From a bacterium (lineage in GTDB: Bacteria; Acidobacteriota; Thermoanaerobaculia; Thermoanaerobaculales; Sulfomarinibacteraceae), in NCBI GenBank assembly GCA_024229275.1, contig JAAESQ010000884.1, positions 6,120-70,119 of the forward strand: a DNA stretch of 64,000 nucleotides. Direction: 5' to 3'. Numbering within the stretch: position 1 is the first letter of the stretch; each line of letters opens with the position of its first letter. The notes under the pieces were generated by a model, which saw only the letters and a list, made by a program, of their open reading frames with translations, was not told where the DNA came from and made no database searches. Positions 6,279 through 16,700 of the stretch are shown here, in pieces. The translations under genes were made by a program, and so were the position numbers.

Positions 6279-9044
6279 CTAATTCGCCCTTCGCTCACGA
6301 GCCCTCGGGGTTATGATGCGGTAGACACGCACATCGAACTCGCCGAAGGTGTCGGAGAACTGGCTGGCTATGAGTGGAAGTTTCGTCCCCGCTGGGTACT
6401 CGGTCACAACGGCGCCGGCCGGCTCGTTGGCCAACGTGAACGTGAGGCTTTGGGGATCCTCGCAGAGGTTCGTAGCAAAGATCCACTGGTCGCCGTTGTC
6501 CATCTGCTTGGTGACGTAGCGGTAGGGCTCGTCATAGCCCTTGCAGGTGGCGGTTGGAAATCCCGAGAGGTCTGTTGCCACTGAGGTAAGCACTACCCCC
6601 GTGCCCAGCTCGTTAGAGTCCTGGGGAGCGGCCAGCAGCACATCCTCAATGTCCATGATCTCGGCAGCAACTCGGAAGTGGTCTAGCAGCGGCTGCCAAT
6701 GCCCCTTCACCTTGATTGCATTCTCCATACCGGCAGATGACACCCAGCCCCAAGTGAGAACGCCGCCAACCGATCCCCAGTTCTGGTGACCGATGATGGC
6801 CTTCCAGGCTTGGGTGCGCAGCTCGTCGTATGGGTAGCCACAGCCATAGGAGCCCGTGCGGTTGTACTGTTGGATGACGTGCCACTGTGGACGGGAGCCG
6901 TGGGTGATCTTGCCGCTGTGATCGGTCCAGAGGTCGACTAGGGACGGGCCATTACCATTGATGTCTGTGTCAGTCGCATCCTGCGCAGCGGGGGTGCAGT
7001 CGTACAGGGTGGCAGAGCGAGCGCTGGTGCCCATCCAGTTCTGGTCTGCACCCTTGGCGAGCTGGTAGCCGTATGGATCATTGGCTGGAATGTCCAGGAT
7101 GTCACGGTAGTAGAGTTGCGCGTAGGGGCGCAGCGACGGCAAGCCATAGACCAGAAGGCCGGGTGCGTAGGTGCTGAGCTTCTCATGGAATTTGTGCGAC
7201 CAGCCCTTCGCCCCGATGGCGCATTCGTCACAGGGATACATGCCAGCCCCGTCGTTGGCCAGCAGAATATCCGCCACGTCCTCCCACAGCGTCTCTTCTG
7301 ATGCGGCATCACCATCCGCCCAACTCACCAGGGCGTCTGTGGCGTCCTCTGTCGGCAGCGCAATCTGGGAGTCGATGACGCTGGTGATCTCAACGTCGGC
7401 GCCGCAGTCCTGGAAGCCGGTAAATTGCCGAGTGAATAGATTGTCGGCAGGTTCACCAGCACCGGCTGACGTAGCAGCATAGATCATCCACCCGACCTGG
7501 GCGTCCGAGGCGCAAGCAGCCAGAGTGACGGTAACCTTGTTGGTGGAGCCGCTCAGCGGACCAACACTATCGCTGGCGCTGTCATTGGTTTCTGTCTGAT
7601 TCCCGTTGAAAATATTGTATCCGACCCCTGCCACCCTTACCCATACATAGTCCTCTGATATGCTCCCTCCGCTGGCGCTATTAGCGATGGACGGAGCCGA
7701 GGGATCTTGGGATGTACAAGTGCCCGATATCAGGTGTCCTTGGTACAGATTCGAGATCTGGAGTTGCCCGATGCCGTAATCTGACCAAGCATCCACGAGT
7801 GGGCCGAGTTGGTCAGGAGTCAGCCACGGAGATCCAATACGCGCCCCACTGGCGGGACTGAAATAGATGGTCGCGTTGTGGCGGGCACGCCGTTCATCAG
7901 AGAGCCAGTTGGCAACCTTACCCAGGACGGTGGCTTGCGGTAGCCCACCCGGTGTGAACCCTTCGATCTGGTTCACATATTCTGCCTTGGTATCCCAGAC
8001 GCAGCCGCCGCAAGAGTTAGAGCTATAGCGATTGAATGTTCCCCAAGCGAATTGGGCCACACCGTTGTGGTACCAGCGGCCGCGGTCGTCGATGTAGTTT
8101 AGGAGGGCGTCGCGGTAGGTGGTGTTCTTCTTGACGATCTTCCAATCAGGGTAGTCGGCGACCAAGCTGGAGTCACTGATGAGCTGGAGTTCGCTGCAGA
8201 CGTAGTGCGTGCTGTCCACCGCCAGGGAGTCCCCATCCAGGCTCCAGAGGGTCTCCGCCGTAGACACCGGGTTGATGGTGGTGCTGTCTATCGGGCTGGC
8301 GCAGTCGGCAGTCGTATCCAAGCTAATGATGAGCTTGTAGTCCCCAAGCACGTCCCCGACCTTGGGGGAAATCTCGGTCACGCCGCAGATTTCCTCGTTG
8401 TCATAGGACGAGCACTGCCACGGGTCCACGGTGTCCCACAGCAGCCCCTTGTAGTTTGGATACTTAAGGAAGGTGCGTTGCGGGTACCACGTCTCTTCAA
8501 TAGTGAAGTCGTCCAGCCAAATGGAACCAGCAGTTTGATCCTGAATGCGGAAGCGGATGGTCCAAGTGTCGCCACCATGTTTGGGTACGTCGAAGATGCG
8601 CTCGTGGTATTGTTCAAGCCAGTCCTGGTCGGCGTTCACACTTTCGTGGTAACGGCCTGAGTAGACGGTAGCAGCCAGCACCGCGCCGTCGAATATGCGA
8701 ATGTCATGGGTGCCGTCAAAGGATGCGTCGGTCTTGACCCACCAGCGAACGCGGAAGTGACCACCCTGGCGAGTACCTACCGTGATAGTGCGGGTGAGGG
8801 CGGTGGCGCTATCGCAGGTTGTTCCCTTGGCACTCCAGCCTCCAGTCCTAGTCTCATCGCTGGCGGCAGCCACACAGCCGCTGGTAGCCCAGTCAGTGAG
8901 GTCACCGTCCTCGAAGCCGAGGTTGGTGCTCGTGAGTGCGGCGGCTTGGTTCGGCCATGGCGGTGGATCTACGACACCCCCTAAGCCCCACAGCAGGGAC
9001 GGCAACAGCAGCAGTAGCAACAATCTCATCAACGTTCCCACCAC
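6279..9044 (-). CDS. large signal-peptide protein with N-terminal carbohydrate-binding-like jelly-roll; possible glycan-degrading receptor-binding protein or exoprotein
   Basis: 921 aa. Signal peptide MRLLLLLLLPSLLWG. The first ~170 aa (GFEDGDLTDW ... IWLDDFTIEE) resemble a CBM4/9- or galactose-binding-type module. The function of the remainder is inferred only. Confidence 0.6.
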   Translation of the reverse strand: MVGTLMRLLLLLLLPSLLWGLGGVVDPPPWPNQAAALTSTNLGFEDGDLTDWATSGCVAAASDETRTGGWSAKGTTCDSATALTRTITVGTRQGGHFRVRWWVKTDASFDGTHDIRIFDGAVLAATVYSGRYHESVNADQDWLEQYHERIFDVPKHGGDTWTIRFRIQDQTAGSIWLDDFTIEETWYPQRTFLKYPNYKGLLWDTVDPWQCSSYDNEEICGVTEISPKVGDVLGDYKLIISLDTTADCASPIDSTTINPVSTAETLWSLDGDSLAVDSTHYVCSELQLISDSSLVADYPDWKIVKKNTTYRDALLNYIDDRGRWYHNGVAQFAWGTFNRYSSNSCGGCVWDTKAEYVNQIEGFTPGGLPQATVLGKVANWLSDERRARHNATIYFSPASGARIGSPWLTPDQLGPLVDAWSDYGIGQLQISNLYQGHLISGTCTSQDPSAPSIANSASGGSISEDYVWVRVAGVGYNIFNGNQTETNDSASDSVGPLSGSTNKVTVTLAACASDAQVGWMIYAATSAGAGEPADNLFTRQFTGFQDCGADVEITSVIDSQIALPTEDATDALVSWADGDAASEETLWEDVADILLANDGAGMYPCDECAIGAKGWSHKFHEKLSTYAPGLLVYGLPSLRPYAQLYYRDILDIPANDPYGYQLAKGADQNWMGTSARSATLYDCTPAAQDATDTDINGNGPSLVDLWTDHSGKITHGSRPQWHVIQQYNRTGSYGCGYPYDELRTQAWKAIIGHQNWGSVGGVLTWGWVSSAGMENAIKVKGHWQPLLDHFRVAAEIMDIEDVLLAAPQDSNELGTGVVLTSVATDLSGFPTATCKGYDEPYRYVTKQMDNGDQWIFATNLCEDPQSLTFTLANEPAGAVVTEYPAGTKLPLIASQFSDTFGEFDVRVYRIITPRARERRAN

Positions 9045-11821
9045 ATCAGCCAGGAGTCCACCATCAGATTGATGTCAGCGGCGGTCAGGTTGTCGATACT
9101 GAGAGTGACGCCAACATCGTTCGGCTCAAGATCAGTGGTTTGGTTGGAGACTACCTCAACACCATCAATAAAGAAGTCACAGCTGCTGCTGGCACATCTG
9201 ATCTCTAGGTCAACCCAGTTGGTTGTTGCGGCGGTACTGGTATCTGTCGAGGTATCCGTGCCGTCGTGGGTGACGGCATACCAGTTAGCGGAGGTGCCGG
9301 TATCAAACTCGAAGTAGAAACCCTGGTTGGCTTCACATCCGTGGTTCTCGCACAGGCCAACATGGACCCGGACGTTGCTGGTAGTACTGACCTTGACGTA
9401 AGCCTGGAATGACCAAGTCTCATCATCCATTCCGAAGAACTGGTCGTTGGCGATGGCGTCACTCAAAAACAGTATGCAGAGACTGCTGTCCGTGCCGCCA
9501 GTGGAGAGGGTCATAGCGCCCGGATGACCCTCAGTTCCCGATACACGGTCTATGCCTGCCGTGCCGGTCAGATCACGTTTCCACCCGAGGTCACCAATGC
9601 TCCCATCAGTGTTGTCATCGCCGCCCACAAAGGTGTCGTGGATAACCTCCATGTCGCGTAGGGAGGGACGGAAGTCCACTCCAGAACCCGTAAGGTCCAG
9701 CCAATCCTCTGCGGTTGTTGTTTCACCGCCGCCAGCGAGCGCGGACTGGCTAGTCATTTGGAAGTTGATACCGTCGTAGACGCCACACACCCACTGATCG
9801 TCCTCAATGGCGTTATTAGCCGGATCTTGGTCCCGTTGGAGCTTGATGGGTAGGGCTCCAATGGCGTTCATATTGATGCTGGCGGCACCGGTGTTTGCAG
9901 CATCGGACTTGAAGCAGTACTCAGGCCCTTCAACGTAGGCGCTGAAGGCTGGCGTTGTAGTGCAAGCGAAAGTGTCAGTACCTCCACTGGGCTGACATGT
10001 GGTGTTCTGGAGAGTGCGGACGAAGTCAGCGCTGTCTGCCGTGGCCTTCGTGCTGCTGATGCACCAGAAGCCGTCTGTGTCACACGGGAAGAAACAACTC
10101 AGGAACGATGGACTGCCGTAGCCACAGTAGTTGAATGGCTCGCTGTTGCTGGCACCATCACCGGCTTCGCCAGTGAAACTGGAAGGGCCGGTGTCGCCGG
10201 CAATGCCGAGTGTCTCGTCTATCCCCGTGGTGACCAGCTTCCCCCAGATGGGCAACCCGGTGGCGAGGTCGATGGTGGCCGTGTTGTTGTTGCTGACATC
10301 GTAATAATCGATCTCTTCGTTGGCGTCGTCGAATCGGATACGGGGCAGCTCTGAGACGGCTGTACCGGTTCCCGCGTAGTAGGTGAGGTAACTCTCCGTC
10401 CCAGAGTTAACCGTGCCGGATCCGCCACCGCCTCCACACACTCCGCCAGAATCCACCAGGTCGCCATCTGCATTCCACTCGGAGCAGTTTCCAGACGCGC
10501 CCGCCGTGCCCGTGATCAGTGTAGTGTCAGCACCGCTCTTCAACGCTGCGGCGAGTTCTGTGATGGCGTCCACGGCATCGGAGGGCAACAAGAAGCTTGA
10601 GGCGCCCGAGAAATCGGTTGTTCCAGTGGTGGCCAAATCAGCGAGAAACGCTTTTCCCCCGACCTCCAGATCATCCTGAACACCGAGATCTGCTCCTGTG
10701 CCGCCTGTGTCGCAGTCAATGTTGGAGAAGTTCGTTGAGCAGAGAATGTTCTCGTCCACGTTGCCGATGGTCGCCGCCGGCCCGATGACCATACTGCGCG
10801 GGTTGTAGGTGGCGAGGTCGGCCCCTTCCGCCGCGAGCACGAATCGCGGTAGGTCGGACGGACCGAAAAAGATGAACGATATGTCCTCGGCAAGGACCGC
10901 TGCGTTGTTATAGAAGATCCCAACATCATCGAGAACCGTGGTGCTGATCGTCTGGTTGGCTTGTCCAACGGTGAGCGTTCCTAGGGATATCTGCCCCTCA
11001 TCGGCATCGCCGAACGCCATATCCTTTGTGAGCGGGCTCCAGGTGTGGCTCCCAACATCGGCGGTGGTCGCCCCAGTGAAGGCCGGGGCAGTTGAAAACA
11101 CAAGCGATCCGGTTCCCGTTTCGTCCGAGATGTTTGCGGCCACGCCAGCCGAATCCGTGATCGACGTGATCACGCCGGTCGTGGTGGCCACACGCATGAA
11201 GCCGCTCGAAAGCGCCGCCAATGCCTGTTCATCGGTCAGCGTGCCGTTGGCGGTTTGGGTGATGTAGGTGGCGTCCGTAGGTGCTCCGCCGCCCACACCA
11301 CAGGCGGCGCTGGCGCTTTCCAGTTTGGAGCCGTCAGAGGCAACTTGCACACAACGAGAGTTCGTCCAAGAACTGTTATTCGTTCCGCCCTTACTGAGAG
11401 GCAGCGTCCCCGTCAATTGGGACATCGGGAATGTCGCCGATGGCCCGCTGGGGTTCGACGTAATAACGTCGCCAAGCGCTGCTGGCGTACTCGTGCCGAC
11501 GACCCACTGCTCAGTATGGCTGTCAGACAACGGCCCCTTCCGCAGCTCATAGCGGACCTCGTAATAGGTGTCGTTGCACGTACTGTTCGCCGGCAGGGTG
11601 ACGGTGAACACTCCCGATGAGACAGCCACCGGGAAGTTGCTCACGGCGATCGGGACATTGGTCGTGTCCTGAATGCAGTGAAACTCGAAATCGACGAGCA
11701 AGCGCCCCTCAGCAAGAGTCCCGTCGGCCATGTAGACGGTGTCGGTGACTGTTGTGAGGGTGGGCTGGGCCCAGAGCGTGCCCACTAGCATCATCGCCAA
11801 AAGAGGCAGCTTCTTCCACAT
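9029..11821 (-). CDS. large signal-peptide beta-rich protein with C-terminal ConA/LamG-like lectin domain
   Basis: 930 aa. N-terminus MWKKLPLLAMMLVGTLWAQP. T/G/S/D-rich. The C-terminal ~190 aa (WSFQAYVKV..GFYFEFD..WVDLEIRC..FFIDG) look like a lectin/glucanase jelly-roll. 16-nt overlap with the next gene. Confidence 0.6.
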   Translation of the reverse strand: MWKKLPLLAMMLVGTLWAQPTLTTVTDTVYMADGTLAEGRLLVDFEFHCIQDTTNVPIAVSNFPVAVSSGVFTVTLPANSTCNDTYYEVRYELRKGPLSDSHTEQWVVGTSTPAALGDVITSNPSGPSATFPMSQLTGTLPLSKGGTNNSSWTNSRCVQVASDGSKLESASAACGVGGGAPTDATYITQTANGTLTDEQALAALSSGFMRVATTTGVITSITDSAGVAANISDETGTGSLVFSTAPAFTGATTADVGSHTWSPLTKDMAFGDADEGQISLGTLTVGQANQTISTTVLDDVGIFYNNAAVLAEDISFIFFGPSDLPRFVLAAEGADLATYNPRSMVIGPAATIGNVDENILCSTNFSNIDCDTGGTGADLGVQDDLEVGGKAFLADLATTGTTDFSGASSFLLPSDAVDAITELAAALKSGADTTLITGTAGASGNCSEWNADGDLVDSGGVCGGGGGSGTVNSGTESYLTYYAGTGTAVSELPRIRFDDANEEIDYYDVSNNNTATIDLATGLPIWGKLVTTGIDETLGIAGDTGPSSFTGEAGDGASNSEPFNYCGYGSPSFLSCFFPCDTDGFWCISSTKATADSADFVRTLQNTTCQPSGGTDTFACTTTPAFSAYVEGPEYCFKSDAANTGAASINMNAIGALPIKLQRDQDPANNAIEDDQWVCGVYDGINFQMTSQSALAGGGETTTAEDWLDLTGSGVDFRPSLRDMEVIHDTFVGGDDNTDGSIGDLGWKRDLTGTAGIDRVSGTEGHPGAMTLSTGGTDSSLCILFLSDAIANDQFFGMDDETWSFQAYVKVSTTSNVRVHVGLCENHGCEANQGFYFEFDTGTSANWYAVTHDGTDTSTDTSTAATTNWVDLEIRCASSSCDFFIDGVEVVSNQTTDLEPNDVGVTLSIDNLTAADINLMVDSWLMWWER

Positions 11822-11831
11822 GGTTGTGTCC

Positions 11832-13406
11832 TTATTGGTTCGCTAACTCCCCGTTTGCCCCGCCGCTGAAGTACCCTACCTGATACCAATAGTCACCCCG
11901 CCAGACTGTGCCGCTCACATAGTCGTCTGCAACGCCGTCGACTCTCCTGGCGTAGAGCTTGTTGAGAGTACCGCCGCTGCGGTCCTCGATTGTCAAGGCC
12001 GAGGTAGTCTTTTGCCAGCTGTAGACGGTCTTTGCTTGGTTGATCCACAGCATTGCGCCCCAGTTGCCGTCAGCGTCCCAGGCATAACCCGTGCTCGACT
12101 CCGCATTTGCCTTGTGGGTGTCGTCATCATCCCCAAGAGTCACATCCGACGCGCCCACCGTCGACCCCTTGTCGAAAATGCCGTCGTTCAGTGGTAGCAT
12201 CGCACCGTAAGCGAAAGTGGTGCCGCCTGGCACGTCGAATGTAAACCGCCACTGCGTATGGAGTCCGTAGGTTGGGTGCAGAGTGTAAGTGGCGACCATC
12301 GTCCCAATGTCTCCTACCTCGGCGTTATCCAGCGTGGACGTGCGGACGGCTCTGACCTTCCGTCCGCCGTAGACGGTCATTACATAGGCATCCTCAGCTG
12401 GCGTGACCGCCGCTCCGTCAACAGTAATTGCCAAGGAGGATTCGGTGTCGTGGTCATGCCCGTTCCCCACCCAATCAGTACAAGAGGTGGTTGCACCAGT
12501 GGGGCAGAACTGGATGGCGTACTCGTAGGTGCTCTGCTCGTCCATGAGGATGGTATGCTGTGCCATTACTAAGTCGGTTGAACCGCTGGTGCCAGCGCTA
12601 TCCATGCGCTGAGTTCCATCCGAGGAGAAAAACCCCGTGATGTAGGCGCGTGTATCGCCGGAAGCAGCCTGCTTTTCTCCAGACACCGTCAGGCGGACAG
12701 TGTGCTGACCAGCCGTCAGGGAGGAGTTGAACAGAGTCGGCACGTCCTTGTCGGCAACCGCTGCATACTGATTCAGAACGCGGTCGGTAGGGTTTAGATT
12801 CCCGCCATTGGCGACCAGTACGTCAGACGACAGCGTGGTCGCGTCCACGAGGTCTTGTGCCGTGGGAAGTAAGTCGGCTGCGGTAGCGTCTCCATCAATC
12901 GAAACCACAGAAACACCCGCGTTACTGATGTCAAGACCCCGAACTCCAACAACCGTCGTGCTTGCCGGGCTTGTCCACTCGGCGTAGTCAGTGGCGGTAT
13001 TACTCCTGCGGTAGTAGTCGAGGTAGACAAGCCCGGCATCGCTAACCTTAGCCCATGTGCCGTTCAGTGTGACCGATGCGTCCTCCTGGTCCACCGACGT
13101 GCCAAGCACCCTGATCTCGGATTGCTGGAGGTGATGATTGTCGCTTGGTACGCCGAGTGGATAGTCATCCAGGGCAACACACCAGTAGTAGGTATCACCA
13201 ATGAACTCACACAGCCAGTAAGTGCTGGACCCAGAGCCTCGGTCCTCACGGAAGATCCCAACATCTCGGCCCGGTGCTCTGAATTTCACCGCAATAGGAC
13301 CGGTTGGGAATGATCTCTTCCTGAAGAATGTGAGTAGGCGGCTCTGCGGAAAGGCACTCAGAGTCAGGACTGCCAGCACCAGTACGAACACGATACCGCG
13401 TGTCAT
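11832..13406 (-). CDS. signal-peptide beta-rich protein (524 aa)
   Basis: MTRGIVFVLVLAVLTLSAFPQS signal peptide. No domain recognised. Confidence 0.55.
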   Translation of the reverse strand: MTRGIVFVLVLAVLTLSAFPQSRLLTFFRKRSFPTGPIAVKFRAPGRDVGIFREDRGSGSSTYWLCEFIGDTYYWCVALDDYPLGVPSDNHHLQQSEIRVLGTSVDQEDASVTLNGTWAKVSDAGLVYLDYYRRSNTATDYAEWTSPASTTVVGVRGLDISNAGVSVVSIDGDATAADLLPTAQDLVDATTLSSDVLVANGGNLNPTDRVLNQYAAVADKDVPTLFNSSLTAGQHTVRLTVSGEKQAASGDTRAYITGFFSSDGTQRMDSAGTSGSTDLVMAQHTILMDEQSTYEYAIQFCPTGATTSCTDWVGNGHDHDTESSLAITVDGAAVTPAEDAYVMTVYGGRKVRAVRTSTLDNAEVGDIGTMVATYTLHPTYGLHTQWRFTFDVPGGTTFAYGAMLPLNDGIFDKGSTVGASDVTLGDDDDTHKANAESSTGYAWDADGNWGAMLWINQAKTVYSWQKTTSALTIEDRSGGTLNKLYARRVDGVADDYVSGTVWRGDYWYQVGYFSGGANGELANQ

Positions 13407-13409
13407 GTG

Positions 13410-13757
13410 TCAGACCTCTGCCATCAGGAACGTCAGCGAGCGTTCCGCGGCTTCCGATGAGCCGCTTACAACCTTGAAGCGAGTCAATGGAGCCATTGTG
13501 GACGGATCCAGGACAATGAAACGGCTAGCTGCCACCGAGATGCTCACCTGGCCCCCGTCGGAATCATAAACCGCTGTCCATGTGGTGCCATCGAATGACT
13601 GAAGCAGCGTCAGGCTCGTGCCGGTAAACGCGCCAGGCATCAGCACACCAAGAGCGGCGTAGCCATTGGTCTGGATTTCTTCAGACGTCGTCTGGCCGTT
13701 CGCGATCGTCGCTGTTACCATGTGGCGGTTCCGGTCGGTCAGTTGAGTGGTTGTCAT
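13410..13757 (-). CDS. small beta-rich structural-module protein (115 aa)
   Basis: ORF track. Its start is immediately adjacent to the stop of the giant gene. Confidence 0.5.
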   Translation of the reverse strand: MTTTQLTDRNRHMVTATIANGQTTSEEIQTNGYAALGVLMPGAFTGTSLTLLQSFDGTTWTAVYDSDGGQVSISVAASRFIVLDPSTMAPLTRFKVVSGSSEAAERSLTFLMAEV

Positions 13758-16700
13758 TTAGTCACCTCCCGCTTTCTCTTTCGCTCGCACTTCGGTGCGC
13801 ACTTGCTTGGCCGCACCCATAATCTCTTTCACCTTGCCCTTGAGGACTTCGTTCCAATACTCTTCGGCCTTGGTGAGCTGCTCCTTTTGCTCTCCGTCCA
13901 GGCTTTCCAGGAACTCCTTGCGGTCCTTCTTGCGAATGTCGTTCAGCGGATCCATGTTCTGAAGCGACGTCTTGATGCCTGTCAGGTTGCCGCCCAGCGC
14001 GAAGTACTCGGCCAGATGCCGTTCTAGGGCTTCGCCGTCCTTGTACCGCCACGCCTGCTTTACGTTGTAGAGCGCTTCACTCTTCCCGCTGGAATCCCCG
14101 CCCCAGCTAACATCTCCATAGCCCTGGTCTTTATTGAATCTCCGGACCTCATCCTTCGCGCCGTAGTAGGCGATCTCGCCCGGATCGTACTCGTACACCA
14201 CGGCCTTCCAGAGCGCTTTCGTTGCCCAGTTCTTGGGTGCTGGCTTGCCTACCAGCTTCCGGTAGGCATCCTTTGGGACTCCGAGCTGTGTAGCCAGGAA
14301 CTCCTGGCGATCATGAATGGTCCGCGGCTTGAAGACGTCGGGGAACGCAGACCGCGAAAAACCAAGCTCACCGATCAACTTGTACTGCGGCATCAACCCA
14401 CTGGCAATCTTGTTCGCGGGGCTCTTGGCCATTTCTACGGCGATCTCTCGCAGCGTTCGCCGGCCGTTCAGGTACTGCCTAGCGTATTCCTGGGTACCGT
14501 CCAGTCCGAACCACTCAAGGAAGTCGTCCGCAATCCCGATGCGGTTGAACGTGACCACTTTCCCGTCTTCCGTGCGGCCCAACACGATGTGCGTTTTCTG
14601 CCGCTCGTTCTCTGGAATGTCTTTCTCTTCCTCAGGGGATCGCCAATCGTTGAGAGCAGCCATTAACGCCTTGAACGCTAGCACCTTCACGGTGAGAGAC
14701 CCGATGCGATAGAGGGTGTATGGACTCGCGGCCTTGCCAAGAACCTTCCGCCCTACAGTAGTCGCTAGCTTGCCGTCGCTAGCTGCATTCCTGTAGAGTC
14801 TGCCGTATCGGCGCGCGTTGATTTCCTGGAAACTCCAGAACGGGTAGAAGTACTTGCGAATCGCTTGGCCGGCGACTGAGATGTCGTCGTAGGCGCCGAT
14901 CATGTCGTTCGACAGTTTGAACGCTTTGTCGTGAATGCTGTCAAGGGCGTCAACTTCCTCACGCAGCGAGGCCCCGTAGTTGGCAGGTTGCCCGTCGGTC
15001 TTCTCTAGTTGGTCCAAGTACTCAAGGTAATTGGCGTACCGCAACACGGATTCGCGGAAGTTGGTAGCCTTCTGGACCGTGCCCCAGTAGTAGCTGTTCC
15101 ATGCGCGCTTGAGTAGATTCGGCTTGCTGTGTCTGCGGTTGACAAGGCTCTCCAGTTGCTCAAGGCGGTTCAAGTCGCCTATCTCCTGAACTTGCAGCAA
15201 ACTGCCGATACCACCACGGTCGAACCATGTGCGAAGTTCGGGTGACATCTCCCCGTCGCCGAAGAACATTTGCTTCAGATCCTTCATCGCACGCCTGAGC
15301 TGGCGGAAGGCTTTCGGGTTGCCGACGAATGTAGCCTCGGCGTCTCCGGAGAGGTTGCGTAGGTTGTACTTGATAGCCCGCGTCGGCATCAGCAGCATCC
15401 ACTGCTTCCACGCTCGCAAGGTCTTGCCAAACGCTACCTTCATCGCACGCTCAACACCCTTGCCACGGTCAGCATCGCCGAAGTCCTTCAGTGTCGCGGC
15501 CACTTCCTTCGTGAGGATGATCTGGCGCCGCTTCCCGCCCACTAGTAGAGCCCGGCGCAGATCATCAGCCGTGATGCCAACCTCTTTCCCTCCGGCTTCC
15601 AGAATTTGCTCTGCCAGCTTTTCTTCCACCGTCTGCCCGGAATAGAAGACATTGCCCTTGTCTGGCTGCCAGACCTCGTGAGTCCGCCGACCAAAGGCTT
15701 TCACCATCCGCTTGGGGTCCGCCGGATTGATCCAGTGCTCACCGGCCAAGTCCTGAATCTCGCGCTGCGTGAGGCCTTTGTAGAGTTTCTCCGGGGTAGT
15801 GTCCTGCTCCTTTGCCGCCGCTTCTAGCTTCGGCAGCACAATGGACTTGTTGTGCTCGTGGGCCTTCTGCTTGAACTCTCCGGTCTCATTGATGCCGTTC
15901 TTTTCGTCCTCAATCCATGCGATAGCCTCGGCCCGCCGGGCATCCCACATCATCTGCTGCAGCACTTCGAATTGCGCCTGTAGATAGTCGGTTGAGAAAT
16001 TCAGCGGGTTCGCCACCCGGCCCCTCATGTAGCTCGAGCGTGGGCTTGAGAGTTCCCTGGCAGCCGAAGCATAATCCTTGTTGCCAGCGGCTACCTGCTC
16101 CTCGATGTACTCAATGACGCGGTGATGGTAATAGTCCTCCCGGTTGAGTTTCTCTGCCACGTCGTTGCGGTCGATGGCCCGCATTGCCTCGATCAGTTCC
16201 GTTTTCGCCTCGTTCAGATAGCGCTTGTGCTCCGAGATCGCTTTCTGGATGGCGGGGTCTGCATCTGCGGCGGCGGTGGCCTTCTTCTGCGATTCCTTCA
16301 GTTGCTCCGGCGTGAGCTTGAACGGAAGATCGTTCCACTCGGTACCATCCTTGGTCATCCGGTCATGAGTCTCGACCATGTCGTCGATGATGACCTTCTC
16401 GATAAACTCTCGATACTGCTTCTGGTCGAGTGATCCAACGGTGTCGATGACTGCTTGGGAGGCATCGTGGATGGCGACGCTTCTCTGCTTCTCAAGCCGC
16501 TGAAGTTCGAAGATCAGGCCACCGTAGAGTTTGCGATCCAGTTCCAGGTAGGAACGCGAGACGGCGTGCCATCCCCTGCTCAACCGGTTCTTCCACTTGG
16601 TGATAGCCGACGGTGCCGGAACTTCTGCCGCAGCCTCGAACTCAGCGGCGGCTTCCGGTGGGAGAGCAGACTCGAAGCCCTCCATCTCGTCTGGAATCGG

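Noticed and set aside
6279-13406. Diversity-generating retroelement targeting the fibre-like genes
   Set aside because: No reverse transcriptase ORF is present in the window. I found no template/variable repeat pair with adenine-specific mismatches near the C-termini of these genes.
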